A stretch of 56,139 nucleotides of DNA, the filler included, from Squatina squatina (lineage: Eukaryota): the NCBI GenBank assembly GCA_031763465.1. It is 3 parts of 3 records of this genome, joined end to end, with 100 filler letters (N's around TTAATTAATTAA, not from the genome) between each part and the next. Parts side by side here need not be neighbours in the genome. Positions count along the whole stretch, not along the records: positions 36,027 to 56,139 come from JARFOE010000058.1; 2 more parts are not named here. One strand, 5' to 3'. Below the pieces are notes generated by a model that did no database searches, was not told the DNA's origin, and saw only the letters and a list, made by a program, of their open reading frames with translations. Position numbers and translations under genes: made by a program. Of this stretch, positions 49,651 through 56,139 are shown one piece after another. Positions within the stretch are counted from its first letter, which is position 1; every line of letters begins with the position of its first letter.

Positions 49651-51534
49651 ATCTGGCGGAGAGAGTCTGGAGTTTATTTGTGCGTTGGGCTCGTGACTTG
49701 GATTGGAATCAGCCCCTGTGTTCCACATGAGCTCTGCTCCACTCACAATGAACATTTTGGGTGAAATTAGAGGAAGGACTTTTCTTACAGTAAAGGATGC
49801 TGCTGTGCCAGTAAAAATGAAAATGATTTTATCTTAAAACGTGAACACAATGCACCGATACAGGCCTGACATAAAATACCTTAATAGGATTCATTTTAGT
49901 CAGTCAGGTACGTGAACAATTCATGTACACATCAGTCATCGTCTGCAATGACTCTGCAATTGACCAAGTCTTAAAGTTAAAAAATTACCACCAAATGCCG
50001 TTTTTGAAAAATTGATATTTGTCCTTTATTTCTTCTTTTATAGGTCTGAAGTGTCCCCAGATAATTGCTTTCCTGCAGGCAAGCGGAAAAGGACTAATCT
50101 GTTTTATCAATACTGCTACAGTCAGTGTTCCCTTTAACTTTCCCCTTTTGTCCTTCCTAAGCTACAAATGCACATCCCTTCCTCCTACCTGCTTCCTCAC
50201 TGTTTTACAATGAAAGCACCAATTTTAACTTGAGGCGGGGGTTATGCAGGCGGGGGCCAAGGCAGATGGCAAACCATTCAAACCTCCACAACACAAGCCC
50301 TGGAGATTTGAATTCCCGGACCTCTTCTAGACAACTATAGAACTGCCAGTTAAAGTCAGGCTCGGAGTAGACATTTTCTGTAGAACTTTCCCCTATATAT
50401 CATAGTGGCTTGGAAATTCCTGTGACCCTTGCTCCGTCAGCATAAGTACGGCGGAGTGGAACCCCCACCAGTCCTTGCTGAAGGCCAGAGACCCATTTTC
50501 AAATTCCAGGGATGGATCATTTGCATAGCTGGGATAAGCCACTGGCACCTGCAAGGTTGCATCAGTGGCAGCTGCCCTGGCTTGAGCTGATTGTCTCTTA
50601 CAAGGAGGAGCAGGATCCTCTGGAAGTCCAATTGGCTGGAGAATGCAACGTTTTATGAAAACTGTTCTGCCCCCACTGGAGCCGCTTCAGCTAGAGAATG
50701 GAATTGATCGCTTTACATACTCTGGTGAATGTTTGCGGTCTTTAGAAGTCCTCAGTTACACTCCGCCCTTTCAAGGTCAAAAAAAAAGGGCAGAATTCCT
50801 AGGGAAAGCCTCAGAACTCCTGTCTCCAAAAAACTTCACAGAAGGAGTCAAGAATTCTGACCAGTTTGGTCGAACATGCTTTCTCACTATTCATTTTGTG
50901 CCTTGATTTCGCCCCTTTTTAACTTCTCTCCTCAGGCTTCTACAGCCCCTGCTCTTGATCACTATTTAGTAATTAGTGTAGACTGTGAGCTTAGAGCTCA
51001 CCACTGAGTTAGAATGTTGTGGGTTTAAGCCCAACTACAGACTTGAGCACTTAATCTGGGCTGACGCTTCAGAGGGAGTACTGCATTGTCAGTAGTGTCC
51101 AAATCCGTCACTGTTGCTGCTTGTCATTTCTGCACCAGCCGAGATAACAGGGCTCACTGCTAATGAAAGATGTAATTATCGATATGAGTAACTTAATGGT
51201 GGGAAAGAAGAAAAAAACATTTTTCACCTAATGTTCCCTTAAAGTCTCAGCCTCAAAATAACATGTGTGTCTGATTCTCAGCCTGCCCGCGGCACACAGA
51301 ACTCCAATCTTCACAAATCACCATGAAATCCTGTAGATGAGTCTCACCTTATCTGAATTTTAGCTCCCAGCAAGTTTGACATGTGCAACTTATTCATTTA
51401 TTTATTTAGACCAATGCCTGAAGAGGGTAGAAGACCATCAAATAGATATCATTAACAAGTAAGTACTGTACTTCAACAAAGGAAAAGAACCATGTCAATG
51501 AATATAGTGCAAGTTCACTAATATCCTTTTGGGA

Positions 51535-51745
51535 AGGAAGCCTACCACCCTGACCCGGTCTGTCCAATATGTAACTCCAGACCCACAGCAAAGTGTTTGA
51601 CTCAATTGCCCCTCTGAAATGGCCTAGCCAGTCATTCAGTTGTCAAGAAGGTGGCTTACCACCACCTTCTTAGGGGAAATTAGGGATGGGCAATAAATGC
51701 TGGTTTTGCTAGCGATGCCCACATCTCGTGTATGAATAAAAAGAG
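51535..51745 (+). mobile_element. SINE 3' half sharing its tail with the LINE at 44935-45145
   Basis: GGGATGGGCAATAAATGCTGG...GCGATGCCCACATC...AATAAAA. Confidence 0.6.
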
Positions 51746-51849
51746 TATGTTCTTAGTGTTGTCGATGTGCTGCAGGTGCAGAAATATATATTAAGTTTTG
51801 GGATTATTTAATAATGAGTCATAGAGACCAGAACATCCCAACAGTAACT

Positions 51850-52188
51850 TTAATTTTTATAGGGCTTTTAATATCATAAAATGTCCCAAGGGTCTTCACT
51901 GAAGGATAATCAAAGAATTAGAAGAAGTGATCTAATGCTTAGTCAAAAATAAAGATGTGGGAAAGGATTTTAAGGGCGGGGAGGGAAGTAGCAAGGCAAA
52001 GATTTGGGGAGGGAGTTCCAGAGGTGGGATCTAGAAAACTTCTGTGAACAGTGCTGGGGAAGGGTACAGGAGCCAAAGTCAGAGGGCCATATGATGCAAA
52101 CTAGGTGTAGGGCTGGAAGAGATTACTAAAGTTCTATAGTGGATTTGTAAATGAGGACAAGAATTTTGAATTCAGTGCATTGGGAGAT
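51850..52188 (-). mobile_element. Old degenerate L2 fragment
   Basis: FKILVLIYKS motif on the minus strand, similar to 10732-11265. Confidence 0.55.
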
Positions 52189-54479
52189 NNNNNNNNNNNN
52201 NNNNNNNNNNNNNNNNNNNNNNNNNNNNNNNNNNNNNNNNNNNNNNNNNNNNNNNNNNNNNNNNNNNNNNNNNNNNNNNNNNNNNNNNTAGCGCCCCGGG
52301 AAGCGCAAATGCAACCAATTTCTATCCAAATGTGTCTGAGTTGTGCAATTGCCCTTGTGTTAGTACAGCTGCTGTTAAAAATATTTTATGACTATTAAAG
52401 ACCATGGCATCTTCAACTCACTTCCACCCAGTGATAGATTGGCAATGACACATCAAGGGTACGTTAATGTTTCATCTCTCGACAATGACCTTGCAGACCT
52501 GGCAGTGTCGAGCCGTTGCTGAAAGACTAACAGCCTCACGGAACCAAGCTGTAGGGAGGCTGCCAGCATCCTAGGAAAGTGAGACAATGATGACGCTGAT
52601 GCACTTTGATAGGATCGGAGCAGTCAGTGCTTCGGGAAAGAAAACAAAAAGTGAATTGAAGCCAGCACATTGAAGAATTGCTTGTAACTGATACAAATTC
52701 CACATGGGAAAACTGGGACCCGAAACTAACCTAAAGAAATGAGCCACTGGAAGGCCCTTCACATCACGGTTAAAAAGCAGAGGCACCACACTGAGTGAAT
52801 CTGTCCCTCCTAACACACACTGATTTGTTTTTAGAGTGAAAGATGAGAGATCAGAGAATAGATAATGTCTCCATTTTCCCTTTCATGGCAATAACGTAAT
52901 ACTTCAGGCTGAGATTCAGCTGGTAAAATCTCCCACAACCAGTTCTTCAGAATGTTCTGCTACTTTCTGTTTTTCTCACGATGGTATCAACTTTTTCCAT
53001 CTCAATTGTTCTCAAGAATTGCTCTACTGAGCTAGAGGAGAGCTGCTGGAGGAGGGTAGTTTGGTCAACCGTGTTGAAGCCTAGCGAGAAGTTGAGAAAG
53101 AAAAATGCACCATAGTCAGAGTCACACAGAGGATATCCTTTGCGACTTTGAGTCCGGCCTTTTCAGTGCTGTGGCAGGGTGGAAATCTGATTGGAGAGAT
53201 TCATGCATGGAGTTGCANNNNNNNNNNNNNNNNNNNNNNNNNNNNNNNNNNNNNNNNNNNNNNNNNNNNNNNNNNNNNNNNNNNNNNNNNNNNNNNNNNN
53301 NNNNNNNNNNNNNNNNNTTAACAGGGTTTGAATCGCGCTGGTCAACTAATTCAGAAAAAAAAATTACTTGCTCCACACCTGGAGTAATAAATCTTATATA
53401 TTCAAACTAGTTAAAAGGCTTCTTAGTTGGTTTAGAACTGTGAAATTATTATTATTACAGGTGTTCTTTTAATTGTTTTTCCAATTTCACCAATGATGAA
53501 ATTTCAAGTTTCAAAACTGCCCATTTCCCCCATTTTCTCCCAGTGAATTGGAAATAATGATAAAAAAGAGGCATTTATCTTGTTTTCAACAAGAGGGTAA
53601 ATATGGCCCTACATGGTCTCCATGAAGATGCTGAGGTTTATATCTTGGTAGTGAAATTCTATTAATGATCGGCTGACCTTAGTTTCATCCGAAGGCAAAT
53701 GCAGCTTTTGTTCATTAATCTGCTTCAAACTTTTATCCTTGGACTCCAGCTGAACCCTCCCTTGTCTCATGATGTCCCTTTTCACAGAAAAGTGCTTTGG
53801 CTTCAGGCTAGCTTCCTCTTTATTGATGCATCACATCTCACATTGACTCAGTTACCCCTGCCACCCCCATCCCTTTTATGGAGCTGTGGTTGTCAGGTTA
53901 AGGGGCCATGCCTGTACTGGAAGAGATGAGCTTGCATGTAAGACCTCACTTTGAATTCAAAAGAATCAGCCAGTGGGTATAACAATATAATCTCGCTGTC
54001 TGCACTTCTTTTGGTATCTTTCATTTGACTTACTTGAATCTGCCAGTCGACCATGAGCTAATGACTGTGTGATAAACAAACCTAACAAGGCAGAAAGGCT
54101 TTAGCCCGCAAAAATTGTGGCCAACAGAGCTTGTGGCCTCGCTTGGAGATACCAAACAGACCAGACATCTCATTAATAAAATGTAATTTAACTTGGCATG
54201 AAAAAAAAGAGTAAAAAGTACAAGAGAGTAAAATATGACAATTTAATCAACTTGAAAACCATCACGCACAATTGCNNNNNNNNNNNNNNNNNNNNNNNNN
54301 NNNNNNNNNNNNNNNNNNNNNNNNNNNNNNNNNNNNNNNNNNNNNNNNNNNNNNNNNNNNNNNNNNNNNNNNNNNTATATTAACGTAGATCTGGGATGCC
54401 ACCAGTGGGTGTAAGTCCACTTATGCCCGTTTTGTGCCCGTTTCACGCTGGCGCAACCTGTCCAATTGGGGCCCCATGG

Positions 54480-54735
54480 ACTTTAAAGAATGTATTAAGG
54501 AAAGAGATTGAAAGACAAAGGAATTTAGAAAGGAAATTCCAGAGCGTGGGGCCCAGGTGGCTGAATGCATGATTGTCAATGGTGGGGTGAAGAGAAATTA
54601 AGATACACAAAAGACCAGAGTCCGAGGGTTGGAGACTTTGAGGTGGGGGTGGGGAGGATGGTGAGTTCATGGAAGGATTGAAACATAATGATGAGAATTT
54701 TAAATTTGAGCCTGCCAACGATCTTTTTCTGGGTT
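54480..54735 (-). mobile_element. Degenerate L2 fragment
   Basis: LKFKILI and AFSHLGPTLWN motifs on the minus strand. Confidence 0.6.
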
Positions 54736-55117
54736 CCACACAATGAACAGTGGTCACTTCGCCGATTTGAAAGAGGACAGTTGTTGCTCATGGCGTCATA
54801 CCCAGCAAGGGTCAATACCTTCAGAAAGGGAGGGTAAAAAATGGAAATAAATGGAATGGATGTAAATGTAGTGATTATAGTGCTCTGAACTGGATAGTAT
54901 TACTTTGAAAAAGCATGCAAAATTGCAGCACAGTTCCAGGAAGGGAAAATGCTGGTGTGAGGATAGGAAGGTATTGATCTTCCTCGAGTTATTCAGACTC
55001 CAGAGGCTTCCCTTAATCAAGTACAGCTTTCAACTGACCTCCACTAAACAACATGTCACGTTGCTAAGTACAAAAGAACTCACAGGTTGATGGGCTGGTG
55101 TTAGTGAGATTAGCTTG

Positions 55118-55338
55118 TTAAAAGCAAGGCTCCATTTTGCTGATCTGTGACTGAGTGAGATTGAGAGCATTGTCAATACTGATTTCACGCTCCGCTCTGT
55201 TGGTTGCTGGGGAGTATAAATGACTGGCTAACACAGCACAGCTGACATGATACATTAGACAATCCGTCTCGCCCGCGTTGCTGTTCAGGTGCACTGTCTC
55301 TGATGGCTCTTTTGACAAGGTCATGAGTATAGTGGTCA
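55118..55338 (-). CDS. Possible terminal coding exon of an unidentified gene
   Basis: Good acceptor TTTTGTTTCCTCAG| followed by 72 sense codons (TTILMTLSKEPSETVHLNSNAGETDCL...ISKMEPCF*). No family recognised. Confidence 0.25.
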
Positions 55339-56139
55339 CTGAGGAAACAAAAGTAAATAAGCTATATTTCATTTTAACTGGCATGGCGTATTTTTGAGCA
55401 ACAACCCAGGGTAGAAAATATTCTAAGTATTAGTGTTCCACTCTGATGAATGTTTTCCAGCTGAAATGTTAACCCATCTTTTCTCTTTCCAGATGCTGAA
55501 GAATTTGTTGTGCATTTCCAGCATTTCCACCTTATTCTTATTGTTGCTGTTACTAATAACTTGTTGAATGCTCTTGTATAAACCTCCTATTTAAAAAAAA
55601 AATGGGCTAATGATTTAACTAAAATACAGCACAACCAAGCTGTTAAAAATAGCATCCTTAATAATTTCTACCCTAATGGACAGAAAATCGTACATGACCT
55701 CCTTGCCCCAATTTCTGCTATGTGCTACTGTTGCATAACGCTGCGAGTACAACTCGCAAAATGTACCTTCAAATGATTTATTTGGACCAATAATATGAAC
55801 TTCTGTACTTGCAGTGTTGCAGTGCATTGGGCACCAGTTCCTGCATTCTGGGCTCGTATGTCTGTTGCCTTTCAAGTGTCTGATGGGCAAGGCGAATGAT
55901 AGCACAATCTGGAATCTTCTGTGGCAGTTAGAACCTGTGCATCTGTTGTGCCTGAGGCTCACTAGGACCCCAAGTTTTAGGCAAATTAGGAGATGCCCCT
56001 ATGCTGCATTTGGAGCACTTTAACTGCGCTCCAGATACTCCAGGCCCATATAAAACGGGTGCTGCTTATGATTTCCCTTAATCTGGATCCTTGCTGTTGA
56101 AGTTGGTTTGTTGATTTTCAGATTTTTGTTTAGCTGTGC

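Noticed and set aside
52478-52525. Hairpin containing TGGCAGTGTC (miR-34/449-like seed)
   Set aside because: The match stops after 10 nt, lies on the 3' arm of a short stem, and lacks a proper pre-miRNA fold.

Overview
This is vertebrate genomic DNA, very probably from a cartilaginous fish (shark), judging by its repeats (DeuSINE/SacSINE1-like, CR1/HER1-like, L2, RTE, Penelope-like, Harbinger-type MITEs). It is a heavily fragmented draft: mostly 1-4 kb contigs joined by N10, N100 or sized gaps. Two artificial 100-nt linkers (N44-TTAATTAATTAA-N44) split it into three unrelated blocks. Block A (1-14686) holds two DACH1 exons and a lone antisense HOOK2-like exon. Block B (14787-35926) holds the last exon of CYP7B1 convergent with single-exon BHLHE22, plus a diverged ~410-bp non-coding duplication between them. 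Block C (36027-56139) holds the terminal exon of a U2SURP-like gene, a truncated and degenerate AGTR2, and four SLC6A14-like exons in mixed orientation, one with an unusual TM3. I see no prokaryotic system, CRISPR array or clearly new biological system. The best leads are the apparent AGTR2 pseudogene, the divergent SLC6A14-like binding helix, the U2SURP paralog next to AGTR2 and the duplicated putative enhancer. All gene calls rest on recalled protein sequences, not database searches.
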